A stretch of DNA of 64,000 bases, from NCBI RefSeq assembly GCF_018977255.1, contig NW_024704749.1, positions 8,556,001 to 8,620,000 of the forward strand, read 5' to 3'. Numbering within the stretch: the first letter of the stretch is position 1; each line of letters opens with the position of its first letter. The translations under genes were made by a program, and so were the position numbers. Below the pieces are notes generated by a model. It was not told the DNA's origin. It worked only from the letters and a program-made list of their open reading frames with translations, and did no database searches. This DNA is from Callorhinchus milii (Eukaryota). Of this stretch, positions 10,901 through 23,718 are shown piece after piece.

Positions 10901-13900
10901 AACACGAGACCTTCCTCAACAACGGGGATCGAGCGGCCTTTCTGATAGGTGATGGGGCTGGCGTGGGGAAAGGGAGGACCATTGCCGGCATTATCTTTGA
11001 GAATTACCTGCTGGGTAGAAAGCGATCACTGTGGTCAGTGGGAATTGCCTTTTTTTTCTCTCTTTGATTTTAATATTGAATGTTTACATCTGTCTGATAT
11101 GTGTGAAAATTTCCCGATTCCTGTGTTGCAGGTTCAGTGTATCTAATGACTTGAAATATGATGCCGAAAGGGATCTGAGGGACATTGGAGCGAAGAATAT
11201 TCAGGTTCATCCACTGAATAAGGTGACGAGGATTGCTGGAAACTGAAGGGAACTTGTTATTAAATTGTGCTGTCATGTATTTGTATGTTTCTTTTATACA
11301 GTTCAGTTTTTAAGTTCACAAGTTAAATAGTTTTACTACTGGACTGATGGTAGGTGGAATGCTGTTGGCAGTGGGATGTGATAGCTGGGTTGTCAATGAA
11401 GCGAAAAGTAATTTTACACACTAATTAATTCTTCTCATTGCAGTTTAAGTACGGAAAGATCTCTTCCAAACAAAATGGTAGCGTGAAGAAAGGTGTCATA
11501 TTTGCCACATACTCCTCACTGATTGGTGAGAGTCAGTCGGGCGGCAAATATAAAACCAGGTTAAAGCAGCTCCTGCACTGGTGTGGGGAGGACTTTGACG
11601 GAGTGGTATCCTTCTCTTGTGCTGAAAGTGTAATGGTTGCCGCGTTTCAAGCGAGATGTTTAACCAAGGTCCTATTCAAGTGGCAGGTTAATGGATCGTT
11701 AGTTCAAAGAGTGATGGGCATTTCCTTAGTGCCTGTTAGACAGTAGCAATATAATTGTGCATTTGTTACCGTGCCGTTCACATTTGGAGAGTATGTCTCA
11801 AAGCACTTCACAGGGTTTACTTTAAAGTGGAGTGACTGTATTTTTGTGGGTGGATTTGGAAACAGCAATGATGGCCAAAATGCAATGAGGTGAATAACCA
11901 AGTTTATTTGGGGGATTCCTGGCCAGGAAACTGAGAAACTCCCTTCTTATGGTCCTCATTCTTATCTCAAACAATCGCTACATGTGACAGTAATTGAAAA
12001 GTTCTGTGGGAGGCCGTATCAAGACATTTGCTTTTCTCTTCTAGTTAAGATTCCAAAAATGCAACTTACCAAAATTCTTGACTAAATATTTTAGATAGTG
12101 TTTGATGAATGTCACAAAGCTAAGAACTTGTCCCCAGTTGGCTCTTCAAAGCCCACAAAGACTGGTCTGGCTGTGCTGGAACTACAGAACAAATTACCAA
12201 AGGCGAGGGTGGTGTACGCTAGTGCCACAGGTAAGCAGAACCGCTTTGTTTCACAATCGATTTAATTAGCTGTGCCAGAGTAAGGAGCACATTCGCTTCT
12301 GAAGAATTTTGTTTGAGTGGTTGAAAGGCTGCAGCTCTTTTGAAGCACTTGTTTTAAAGAAAGAGCTTTTGCTTAATTAATAAATAACTGGTGATGTCCT
12401 TGTGAGCTTTGCATAATGCGTGCGTGTGAGGTATTTTTTCCCCCCAAAAAATCATAGAACACGAATGGGCCATTGAATGAACCCATTACTCTGCACTAGT
12501 TTCTTTCTCCACGTAAGCTACTTGTTGTAAACCCACTGCTTCCTTTGCCCTTCGTGCTTCTTGTTTAATTGCCCTATGAAAGAAAGTAAGGATTCTAATC
12601 TCATTGTCAGAAAAAGTTGCAAATGATTTCATAGATTTCTCTGTTAGTGCATTGGGATGTCACCCCGATGTGAAAGGCGCTATACAAATATAATTTGTTG
12701 TATTTACTGAACATTTGTCTTCATGTTAAACTAGGTGCTTCAGAGCCACGGAACATGGCTTACATGAACCGGCTTGGAATTTGGGGTGAGGGCACCCCTT
12801 CAAGGAGTTCAATGATTTCATTCAGGCTGTGGAGAGGAGGTAAGACCAGTCTTCCTGCTTTGCTATTGTAGGAAGTGACATTGACTCAGCAGCTGCCTGT
12901 CCTGTACTCCCCGGCAGATTGTGCCAAAGGCAACAGCCAGTGTGTGTGTTTGTTCTTTGATTACATCATTTTCACTGTAAGCCTTGGTCCATGTTTGCCA
13001 GCTGACCATGACATGCAGTAATGACCTGATAGCTCAACTCCTTCAGGCTTTCCCCTGCCCAGTGTAAGACGGCTGACTTCAATCCCTTGCCTCCGCAGAG
13101 ACTTGCAATGAGATGTGTGGGAGGAGTGAGACTGACTGAGAGAAAGAGGGGAAGATACTGTTTATGTGAAAATCTGCTATGCGCAATTAGCTGTCGCATT
13201 TCACCCACAATATACAGTCATTAAACTTTACATTATGTTATGTGAAGCGCTTCGAGACGTCTCAACAAGGGGATGAGGCACTATATTAAATTCAAGGATA
13301 TTATTATTACTTCCTTGAACTCTGGCTGACACCTCATTGCCAATCCCAGCCCAGTTAGTGACATTTCTGCTCAATTTGGAGGAACTTTTAAAAAAAATTA
13401 GGGAGGTATTGGTAATGCCAAAATAAAGCCTTTATTTTATTATATCAATCTCTTATCAAATCAACTTGGATAGGTATGCCAAAACTGACTGCTCTTTTTG
13501 ATAACCTAGAGGTGTTGGGGCGATGGAGATTGTTGCCATGGATATGAAGCTGAGAGGAATGTACATTGCCAGGCAGCTGAGCTTTTCTGGAGTGACCTTC
13601 AAGATTGAAGAGGTGCCTCTTAGTCACGATTACATCAAGATGTACAACAAAGCTGTGAGACTGGTAAGTAAGTCCTTTTCCTTGTGCAAAGCCTCACACC
13701 AGCCATTTCTTTGTAGTTGGTAACCAAGGCCATTGAGGTGCACACAATGTTACTTGTTGTTTCACAGCTTTCTGTAGCTACTGAAGCATCGAGGTTGCAA
13801 GGCGATTTGGTTTGAGGAGCCATTGGTGTGATGCTGATCTTTACACCAGTGTTCTGTCCATGACACAGATGGAAAACAAGAATCCAGGTTCACCGGTGAC

Positions 13901-16900
13901 CAGCGTGGCAATCTTCTGACTGATAATCGGGAACTCCTTATAGCCAGCCCCATTGTAATGTTGATTCAGACACGTGCAATAATAAATGCATCACTTTAAG
14001 GCTGCAGGATAATGTGTCATCCTGTGGTGTTAGTGGTAGGAATGTGGGGATCAGCAGGTAACTGGAGAGGAAAAGCAGCAAAGCCCTGTGTATAACTGTA
14101 ATTCTTCCTCCCCGCAGTGGGTGGAGGCCAGGGAGAAGTTCCAGATGGCAGCAGAGCTGATTGATGCGGAGCAGCGCATGAAGAAGTCCATGTGGGGACA
14201 GTTTTGGTCGGCACATCAGAGGTTCTTCAAATATCTCTGCATCGCCTCTAAAGTCAGGAGAATAGTGCAACTCGCTCGGGAAGAAATAAAAAATGGAAAG
14301 GTACGAACTCGGAAAATGTAGCTAGATCTATGAATGAATGATTGCAGTAGCAACATTTTTATAGGACCTTAACGTATCAGAGTCTTGAGATTCCCAAGTA
14401 ATTGCCGTGAGGTGTAATGACTTTTTCTAGTCCCAACTCAACACCCTTTTGTACCAAAAAGGTCTTGCAAAACATTCACGTGGTGAATAACCACATCATT
14501 TGGGAGGATTGTTGTCTGAGACACTGGGAGAGATTCCCTTCTGATTAGTGTGATTATCATCTACCTCAAGAGCAGGTAATGAAGCCTCTGTGCTTTACAT
14601 AGTGGTTCCCCTTGGAGAGTGGGTTGTTAGCCTGGACGTGCAGTGTAGCCTGAATCTACCATCTTCTGACACAGAATTGCTGCTCATGGGATATTGTAGC
14701 TGAGGTTTTCCATTGGACTGAGAGTTGGCAAGGAAAGCAAGATGTAGAGGATTGGCTGCATGCAGTTTACTTCCTGTATCAGAACGAGAAATGTCTTTTG
14801 TAGACGGATGCTACTGCCTGTGTAACTTGCCTCTTACTCTAAAGTTAAAAGTACTGTCCTTGCACAATGCAATAATTAGTCTTTATACTATATTTGTGGG
14901 TTCAACAAAGCTGTAAGTAGCTGCACTTTAAAGTGTGGTGTGAAGCCTCCTGTGTGCCAGTGCAGCTCACCTTTACGATGTTTTGATGTTAATAATATTG
15001 AGCATCACCTGATGTCAGTTGTTGTTCATTTTGTAAACTACTTTGTTACAGTGCGTGGTGATTGGCCTGCAATCCACTGGAGAGGCACGGACACTGGAAG
15101 CCCTGGAGGAGGGGGGCGGTGAGCTCAACGACTTTGTTTCCACAGCCAAGTAAGCACGTGACGTCTGTTTAATCAGTGCAGAGCGAGTGGTTTTCAAACC
15201 ATTGGCCTGCTACAGGTATTCCATTTATAAGCCAGACCAGGATTTATTCTGGCTACTTACAAAATATTGTTGGATATAATTGGGGCAGAAATATATCCTT
15301 GTCTGGTGTAAACGTTATACCTATGTAAAGAGGCTCCTTAAGTGATGCCTTGTGTCAAAGTGATCAGGCCTGTTGCCCAATCTGTGCTGAATTATCTGGT
15401 TTTAGTAAGAGTTGGTCATGGCAGCTACTGTCCTTAGGAGCTGCTGGCACTTAGTTTCCTGCCGGTAGCCCACTACTCCAGGAACATGGCTGGGAAGTGG
15501 GGATGTTTTGGACAGGGATCAGACTTTGCTTCAGTTTTTCAGTGTTGAACAGCCTGCTGCTGATCGATGATCATTGCTGAGCTAGGTGTGAACGTGAAGA
15601 ATCTGCGAGTGGTTGGGAGGTCTGCTGGAACTTACAGGGAGGAATGGGGAAAGGGTTAAACAAAACTCAAGCATTCGGCATCTCACTGCATTGTGTGAAT
15701 TAGTCTTTGTGACAGAAGCGACCAGCAGTGAGTGAGTTGTATGTTTTCTGTCCCCCAGAGGTGTGCTGCAGTCATTGGTTGAGAAGCACTTCCCGGCCCC
15801 TGACAGGAAGAAGCTGTACAGTTTGCTGGGAATAGACATGAACATGCCCAGCAATCACGACTCCCCCGTCGACAGCCCTTCCCGGCAGAATAAAGGAAAG
15901 AAGCGAAAAGGTTGGGTTTCTTTTCGCTTCTACTGTTCAATGATTATGGAAAATTTGAAGCCCAGATTCTACTTGGAATCCTGTAGCGTAGTGGTTAGAG
16001 CGCTCGCCTCGCAAGTGAGAAGACCCAGGTTCAATTCCTTGGCAGGACGAAACGTTAAGCTAGTTTCCTTGCTCCACATGCCCCTGTTTACCTAACAGTA
16101 ATTAGGAACCCGGTTGTTAGTCGGTGGATCGCTGTTCCAGGGTAGTAATCCCTTCCTAAAAAAATTAATTAAAATTTGATAATTTAATCCACGACTGTTT
16201 GTGGGACATTGCTGTGCGCAATTGGCTACTGTGTTTCGCCCACAAAATATACAGTGAATTCACTTTATAGTATATTCTGTGAAGTATTTTGAGGCGTCTG
16301 GAAGACATGATAAGGCGCCGTATCAAATGCAAGTATTATTATTATTTTCAACAATTGTGGAAAATTTTAAGTCCAGATTCTACTTCATTAGATGGGGTTT
16401 TTAAAGCGCCCTGCATTTGTGTTATAATCGTGGCAACGCACCCGAACATGTGCTAACTTTTGTCAAATGTAAATACACAAGCTCTAGATAGTCAGTGATA
16501 CTTAGAGTACAGTTTAAAGGCCTACATAGATTTCAGTGCTCTTCATGGTAATCGCACCAACGTTTTGATTCAGATTACAGCATCTGACTCTCTTGGTTAT
16601 GTAAAAGATCCTGGGACTCTTTTTCCAGCTGATTTATTTGTACACAAGATTGTGTAACATCGAGGGAAGTTTTCCCAATCACAGCAAATCGTTGAGTTTA
16701 TGTCTGTCCTGAGTCAATGTTGAAATATTCTTTTAATACTTCTCACACTTGTGTAAGTCGTGGTCTTGCCCCCTCTTCCCCCCCCCCATGTTTGCCTCTC
16801 CGGTTGTGTGTTACAATCAATCACTTCCTCTCCCAGTTCCAGTGAGTCTGAGAAATCCAGATCAATATTTAATATTCTCAATTGGCTTTAATATTACTGT

Positions 16901-19900
16901 AATGTGAGTCAAAACAAGGCAGAGAGTGATCCTTTATAAATGTTTCTTTTCCTCTCTTCCCCTCTCCCCACAGCCCTAGTACTTCAAGTGCAGGGCTGGA
17001 CAGTGTGTAAAGTGATCCTGAGTCAATCTGCTATAGGTTGTGTTGCTCTCACGCTGCAGAGAACTAGAACTCCCTGCACAAAACCAGCTGATAAATTTTA
17101 TCCTGGTCCCAATGTATTGTTTTGGGTCAAATTATGCAGTAATGCATTGTTTGACAGATAACTTTCCACAATTAAGATGTGAATTTCAGGAGGCGCTATG
17201 CTGAGTGTGTGTGTATATTTGTGCTGTTTCTACAAGGAACGTTTTTTTTTGAATTAGCAAATGAAGACAAACGGGAAGCCAAAAAGGCCAGGAAGAGCAA
17301 AGGTCTGGCTGGGAGCAGTTCCTCAGAGAGCGAGTCGGCGGCGTCTGAGAGCGAGGAAAGCGACGAGGAGAGTTTCCATTCTGTCAGTTCTGGCGATGAT
17401 GACTTTAACCCTTTCCGGGATGAATCTTCTGATGGTGAAGATGGTGAGTTGGTGAAGGTAACTGTTGGGGGAGAATCCTCTTTGTGCAGTAATTGGCTCG
17501 GCAGGTTGATTCAGTTTGTTCGCCCTCAAAACACGCTGCACGTTACAGGATATCCTGTGAAGCGCTTTGGGACACCCTCCCAACGTAAGTAGATTTTCAT
17601 GGCCATTTCTATTCCTGCTGCTTCTCTGTCAGATCCTTGGTTAGTGAGGAAAGATCGCAAGAAGGACAAAGACAAGAAGAAGAAAAAGAAAAGCATCGAC
17701 CCCGACTCTATCCAAAGTGCGTTATTGGCCTCTGGCCTGGGCTCGAGAAAGCCGAGCTTCTCAACAGCTGCAATCAGCATCACACCAAATAACTCCCTCC
17801 CCGCAGGTGAGCCAGCATTCATTACTTTGGCACTTTGTTTTTTTTAATATAAACCTTCAGCCGCCACTTCCTTCAAAAGTGTGCTTGTTTTATATAAATG
17901 TTCCTCTTCCCGCTTTACAGAGAAAACGCCTACCAGCAGTCACAGCGTGGTGGCCAGCCAGGATGCAGTGGAGAGAGCCCAGCAGATGAAGCGGGAGCTG
18001 CTGGACAAGCTGGAGAGACTGGCCGAGGATCTGCCGCCCAACACGCTGGACGAGCTGATTGACGAGCTCGGGGGTCCGGACAACGTGGCCGAGGTCAGTC
18101 TGAGGGTTCGCACGGGCCTCTGGCTGTGTGTGTGTGTGTGTCTGTTGTGTGGCCAATCACGTTTTGGTTACATGCATAGCAAAGCCTCCTCTTCGTGGTG
18201 TATCTGTGGTTACCCATGAGCTGCGGAAATGTCACTGCTTCAGAATAATTTGGAAAACCGCCCGTGTGATTGTGATGTGGGTTTAGGGTCTCCTTTGTTC
18301 TAAACGGTAAGCAAGCGGTTGTTTTTACAGATGACCGGGAGGAAAGGCAGGGTAGTGAGCAACGACGACGGCAGTATCTCGTACGAGTCTCGATCAGAAC
18401 TCGATGTTCCCGTAGAAATCCTGAACATCACGGAAAAACAGAGATTTATGGGCGGGGAGAAGGTGAGACCTGTGCCGGCCATGCCTTTTTCACAGTGACC
18501 TGTGATGTCTGTGAGCTCTGTTCACAAGTTATCCTTTGTTTCCTTTTCTTTCATCAGAACATTGCAATAATTTCGGAAGCGGCCAGCTCTGGAATCTCGC
18601 TGCAGGCGGATCGCAGGGTTAAAAACCAGAGACGCAGAGTGCACATGACCTTGGAGTTGCCGTGGAGTGCGGACCGTGCCATTCAGCAGTTTGGTGAGGG
18701 CACACTCTTCCAGTGACATGATTGCGGTTTGCCCCAGTTGGGCACAGACGGGGTGGGGGGGGTGGCGTTTGACCCATGAGCATACCAGCTCAGCTCCCCT
18801 TGCTCGGGGCCTGTTTGTAACTCCTGCAAAGCGATAGCACGCACAAGCTGGTTATGTCGCACGCATGTCTGTGTCTCTGTGTGATCTAGCTCTTTGCTTG
18901 GTGCTGTGAGAATCAAAGAGAACAAGAATTGTTGTTTGTTTCTCAGGAAGAACACATCGGTCAAATCAAGTGACGGCCCCAGAGTACGTGTTCCTTATCT
19001 CAGAGTTGGCAGGAGAGCAGAGGTTCGCTTCCATTGTTGCAAAAAGACTGGAAAGTCTGGTAAGCTTACGCCCTTGCTGGTTTCACTTCTCAGTTGATTA
19101 GTTGTCTTGGTGTTAAGAACATAAGAGTTTGCTAGGCGAAGGAGGACCAAGGTCCATCCAGTTCACCTTCCACCATCCTGGCAGTCGCTTGACATGTGTC
19201 CCAAACTATATATTGTATCCCGAGATCTTATTTTCTAACCCAAATCTATCTAATTTGTTCTTGAAACAAAGAACACTTTCTACATCCATCATCTCCCTGA
19301 GGAGCCTGTTCCATACGGATTATATGTTGCCTAAGGCAGGATGCATTTTTGTGTATATGTGTTGCCAAATTTACAGACCTGACTCATGAGAGGCTTCCGA
19401 AAAGCGGGAGGTGAGGTTTTGCTGCTCCAAATCAGAAAGGGCAAGAACTTGCAAAGTGCCTGGGTGCGAGGGGAAGGGGCAGTGTTGTTTTTAATTGATG
19501 TCTCCCCTTGAAACAGGGTGCTCTGACACACGGTGACAGGCGGGCCACTGAAACCAGAGATCTGAGCAGGTTCAACTTCGACAACAAGGTGAGATGGAAA
19601 GGATTTCAGTCGAAGGCTTTTTCCACTGATGCATGCTCATTCTCACTGTGATGGCGCTCAACTATTTTCCTTTTAGAATCAGAAGAGGCCATTCAGCCCA
19701 CCTAGCCCGTTCCACCAATTTATCAGATTACAGCACATTCTTTAATACCTCGTTTCCCAAGCCTTTTTATCAAAAGTTTTAATTGCTTCTGCCTGTACAG
19801 ACTCGTGGGGCCCAAACCCTCACATGCCCTGTCAATGACGATTTGAATCAGTGTGTAAATCAGCACCGTGCCACTACAGGACTTCAGAGCGTGGAGATTT

Positions 19901-22900
19901 TCTAACACATCTCTTTCCTCCTTTGTGCCAAATGTTGAGTAATTCTCAGTTGTGCTTTGCTACGTGAATACCCATGTTCTGATGTGACCTCTGCTGATTG
20001 TGTTATGTGTGGGTGATGCTAACCGAATGACCCTCTTCACCTCCAGTACGGAAGGAATGCCCTGGAAATCGTAATGAAATCCATCGTAAACCTGGATACT
20101 GCATTGGTGCCTCCTCCTAAAGACTACCCTGGAGATTTCTTTAAGGGTAAGACGCTGGTGATTCATTGACTTTGTTGCAAGGCGCACCTGCAATATACTG
20201 CAAGCTTCAAACACTGATTTCCCAAGTGTTTCTGTCGAGCGTTGTCAATTACGTTCCTTTCTTTGTGCGTTTGCTCCCCAGATGTTCGGCAGGGACTAAT
20301 CGGCGTGGGTTTAATAAATCTGGAAGATCGGTCAGGAATACTTACCCTGGATAAAGGTAACCTTGGTGTTGCTGAGATGCCTTCGACGACACTCCCACCA
20401 CCCACTCCCCTGACCCTCCAACCCTCTTAATTCCTGCCACCATCTCGGGTGCAAACCCTTAATTGCCCAATGCCTTGGGACGTCCTTCCGACATGTGTAA
20501 ATGTAATTTGTTGTTGTGAACTGCAGGGTTCTGAGTGTTTTTCGGTTGGATGTTGAGAAGTTGGGGGTTTGTGTAATTTCAGACTATAACAATATTGGCA
20601 AATTCCTGAACCGCATCCTGGGGATGGAGGTGCACCAGCAGAACGCTCTTTTCCAGTACTTCTCAGACACGTTGAGCGCCGTCATCCAGAACGCCAAGAA
20701 GAACGGACGCTATGACATGGGCATCCTGGGTAAGTGACCATTAAGCTGCTCGGGGACTCTACCCCCGCGTGAACGGTGCTGTGAGACGTTACCCCACTTG
20801 AAGCGCGCTAAATACAAAAGTTGCTGTAGGTGCCAGCCAGCTGCGTCCAGGTGCCTTGTGTGTGTGTGTCACTCCCAGGCCTTTCCCTTCCTCCGCTTGT
20901 CCAGCCGCCTTCACTGATTTGGGGTTTTCCCTTTTTTTTTGCAGATCTGGGATCTGGAGATGAGAAGGTGAAGAAACTGGAAGGAAAGAAATTCTTGACT
21001 CCGGGGTATTCTGTATCAGGATATGTTGCACTTTACACAGTAAGTGTGTATCCACTCAGTCTCTCTCTCTCTCTCTCTCTGCGCCTCCAACCATTCATGT
21101 CAGCTGGGTTTGAGATGGTTGTCGTCCACCGAATGTACTTCATTCATCACAAACGTGTTAATCCCCTTGGTGTAAAACTCTTTCTTTTTGTACATTGACA
21201 CCCTGGTCTGTCAGCTGCTCTAGCGATGCAACACTTCACAATTTTTTGGAATGTTTGTATTTGGAGCAGCGTCTGGGTGTTGTGTGTGAGGGAGAGAGAA
21301 GGGTTTTGATGAGAAGGTGGGGGTTATTTTTAATCGCTGTTTATTTTTTTTTATTTTTTTTGCTCGTGTTCCTAGAATGTGGTGTTAATTGTTGTGAAAC
21401 GGCTCTGCCTTGTAGATCAGCGTGGAGCGAGGAATGTCCTGGGACGATGCTGTCAAGATCTGGGCTGAGCAGATGGGATCAGAGGATGGATTTTACCTGT
21501 CGCTGCAGGTAGGGGAGCGCGGGAGGGTAGGCTGGGTGGTGGGGCGTGGGTGGAGAAAGAGACTTGTTGGGCAGTAGTGACAAGTGCTTGGGGCCTCTTC
21601 TCTGGCTGAAAGGGGGGAGATAGTTAGCATGAAGAATTTAATAAAAGTTTTGCACTCTTCTTATCTCCCTTCCTCTCTCCCCCGCCCCCCCCCCCTCCCC
21701 CCGGTCTCTTGCTAGTTATGCAAGTTTTTTTCATGTTCCCAGTTTAATTCATTGCCTTGGGACGTCCTCCTGATGTGGAAGGCGCTATACAAATGTAATT
21801 TGACGCTGTTGTTAATTGATTGAGCTTCTATGAACACTTCAGTTGAGTGAGGTTCGGGGTTCCCCGGTGTAGGATCGAGTGCGCGTGACCGCCTTATTGA
21901 TCCCAGCCCGTCTCTGTGCGTCTCCGCTTCTCCAGATCAGGAACAACAAGAAGACTGCGATCCTGGTGAAAGAGGTGAACAGCAAGAAGAGGCTGTACAT
22001 GATGTACAGGCCCAACACTGGCAAGCAGCTCAAGCTGGAGAACTACGGGGACCTGAAAAAGAAATACAAAAAAGTAAGGACTCACTGACCAGCCGAACAA
22101 TTGCCCAGCGATTTGAGAGCGAGCATTGTGGTGAAGTGATCTGTTGTGCCTCTGTATGTTGTGGTGGGTGTTTCTGTTGCTGACTAGAATTAACAGGTGA
22201 CGGCATTTTGTTTAAACGGGTTTCAGCGAGGCAGAGATTGGCACTGAGCTGGCTCTCACTGTGTTCACAGGTTAGCAGTGGGGACGCCGAGTCGCATTGG
22301 AAGGAACAATACAAGTCATCTGCAGAAACCTGTACACACGCATACTGGTCAGTGTGGAACATCTTCAACAAAGTGGCGACACATACATTTCAAACGAACT
22401 GTCCCGTTTTCCTGCTTGGCAACTGTGCTCGTGTTTTTTCTTGTCCACAGCTATGTGCTACTTTTGTCCCACTACTTTTATCTCTCCTTTTTTTTGTCCC
22501 CCCCCTCCCCCACTCTAGTTTTCCCATTCTCCATTCCTTGACTAGGGCTCTGCTGTTCTGCTTGGATGGGATTGGGGGGAGGGAAGAGAGGTGTGGCTGT
22601 GATATTGTAAAAGGGCAGTAAAACTCTTCATTCCTTACAACGTGTGAAGATAAAGAAAGCTGCTATATAGAGAATAGTCCACATGCATAGGAAGCAACCA
22701 CTGTGTGAGGTAGTTGAGACACTCCTTCGTGCTTGGTAGAGCTTCAGGCTCCCCCGATCAGCTCCCAGTCCTGAGCTGTGGCGATCAGTTTAGTCCACAC
22801 TTTGCGCTTAACCGTGTGGTTTTGCAGGAGTGTGATGGTGATGTCCACGCACCACACATTGGAACCAGTCCAGACACCGCTGACCTTCTGTCTATTTATT

Positions 22901-23718
22901 TTCCCTTGACAGGCGTGGAAACTGCAAAAAAGTCAGCATCGGGCTGGTGTGCGAGGTGGGGCTGCGCTGCCGCAGCTATCACGTGCTCTGCGGCTCCGTT
23001 CTCAGCGTCTGGACAAAGGTAGAAGGTGTCCTGGCCTCCGTGAGTGGGTCGAATGTAAAAATGCAGATCGTGCGATTAAAAACAGAAGATGGACAAAGGA
23101 TTGTTGGTGAGTGCGCCGGCAACTGCAGTCACTGAGAGTATTTGCACTGGGTGAGCCTGAGAGTAGGGGACCATTCTCCGTACTCACTGCTCTCGTCACC
23201 CAATGCAGGCAGTGGACATTCTAGTCCAGCTGCAACAGCCTGTAGGGCTGGTCGTGTTAAGAGAATTTTTACATTGCTTACTGGCGTTGTTTGTTTAACC
23301 TGTAACTAAATGAAAGGTTATGGGGAATGAGTTTGAGAAATAAAAATGGGGAGGGGAAGAGAGAGCAACAGCATTGCCTCACGTGCTGAAATCTCTCTCT
23401 GAACATTGTACATTTCATGATTCGGTCTGTGCGTGTAATCATAGCTACTCTGATTTATATGGTGTAAATCTCAGCCACTGTTTTGCTTGTGAATGTTGAA
23501 GCGTTGAGTAGTCTTAGTTGGTTTTGCAGCTTTGGCGATTTTATTTAAACTTTTTTTTCTTTTTTTTGATAACAGGTTTGATCATTCCTCAGAACTGTGT
23601 GTCTCCGTTATTAAACATTCTGTCGACGTCAGACCAGTCGCAACAAGTGGCACTTCAACAGCAGCAGATCTGGCAGCAGCTTCACCCCCAGAGCATGAGT
23701 CACATGAGCAACACATAG
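4931..23718 (+). CDS. SBNO1: Protein strawberry notch homolog 1 (DExH-like P-loop/helicase-related nuclear protein), ~1344 aa after restoring one missing base
   Basis: Exons: 4931-5062, 5646-5928 (alt. start 5601), 9100-9200, 9765-9858, 10268-10428, 10900-11033, 11132-11222, 11444-11605, 12095-12230, 12735-12839, 13510-13663, 14118-14300, 15052-15149, 15759-15910, 17258-17443, 17633-17806, 17921-18093, 18331-18462, 18558-18693, 18947-19059, 19517-19588, 20047-20146, 20282-20356, 20583-20729, 20945-21039, 21416-21508, 21936-22073, 22271-22347, 22913-23106, 23576-23718. Peptides [35 protein letters not shown] (Walker A), [25 protein letters not shown] and the C-terminal [14 protein letters not shown] match vertebrate SBNO1. 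Confidence 0.97.
6185..6455 (-). mobile_element. Degenerate L2-type LINE 3' fragment
   Basis: Begins with the reverse tail acaacttgcatttatagagct. Segments such as gaggatcaaagtaaatgccaagatt resemble the reverse complement of the L2 at ~30080-30100. Confidence 0.45.
6933..6971 (+). CDS. SBNO1: Candidate 39-nt in-frame cassette microexon of SBNO1
   Basis: Acceptor atttttttacAG, donor CAG|GTAAGG, phase 1-1, open frame [13 protein letters not shown]. Confidence 0.55.
7959..8277 (-). mobile_element. tRNA-derived SINE, near full length
   Basis: Reverse complement of the 58341-58663 copy: A box TAGCTCAGTGG, B box GTTCAATTCC, shared body and (ATT)n tail. Confidence 0.9.
11606..12094 (+). other. SBNO1: U12-type (minor spliceosome) GT-AG intron of SBNO1
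   Basis: 5' site GTATCCTT, branch-like TTCTTGAC at 12075-12082 ending ~12 nt before the AG, no long polypyrimidine tract. It joins DFDGV to IVFDECH. Confidence 0.85.
13165..13310 (+). mobile_element. 5'-truncated SINE of the same family
   Basis: gcgcaattagctg...cacaatatacagtca...gaagcgcttcgagacgtc...tattattatt matches the 3' half of the SINE. Confidence 0.75.
15975..16346 (+). mobile_element. tRNA-derived SINE with a longer central domain, flanked by 39-bp direct repeats
   Basis: Head ggaatcctgtagcgtagtggttagagcg...ggttcaattcc, same body and tail as other copies. Flanks 15936-15974 and 16347-16385 match at 34/39. Confidence 0.9.
19115..19330 (-). mobile_element. CR1-like LINE 3' fragment (related tails at ~19675-19720 and ~12451-12480)
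   Basis: aagaacataagagtttgctaggcgaaggaggaccaaggtccatccag resembles reversed CR1 3' ends (catagaa/cataagaa...ggccattcagcccat). Recognised from memory. Confidence 0.5.

Noticed and set aside
4931-23718. SBNO1 as a pseudogene
   Set aside because: Only one indel, at a homopolymer; the other 29 exons and motifs are intact.
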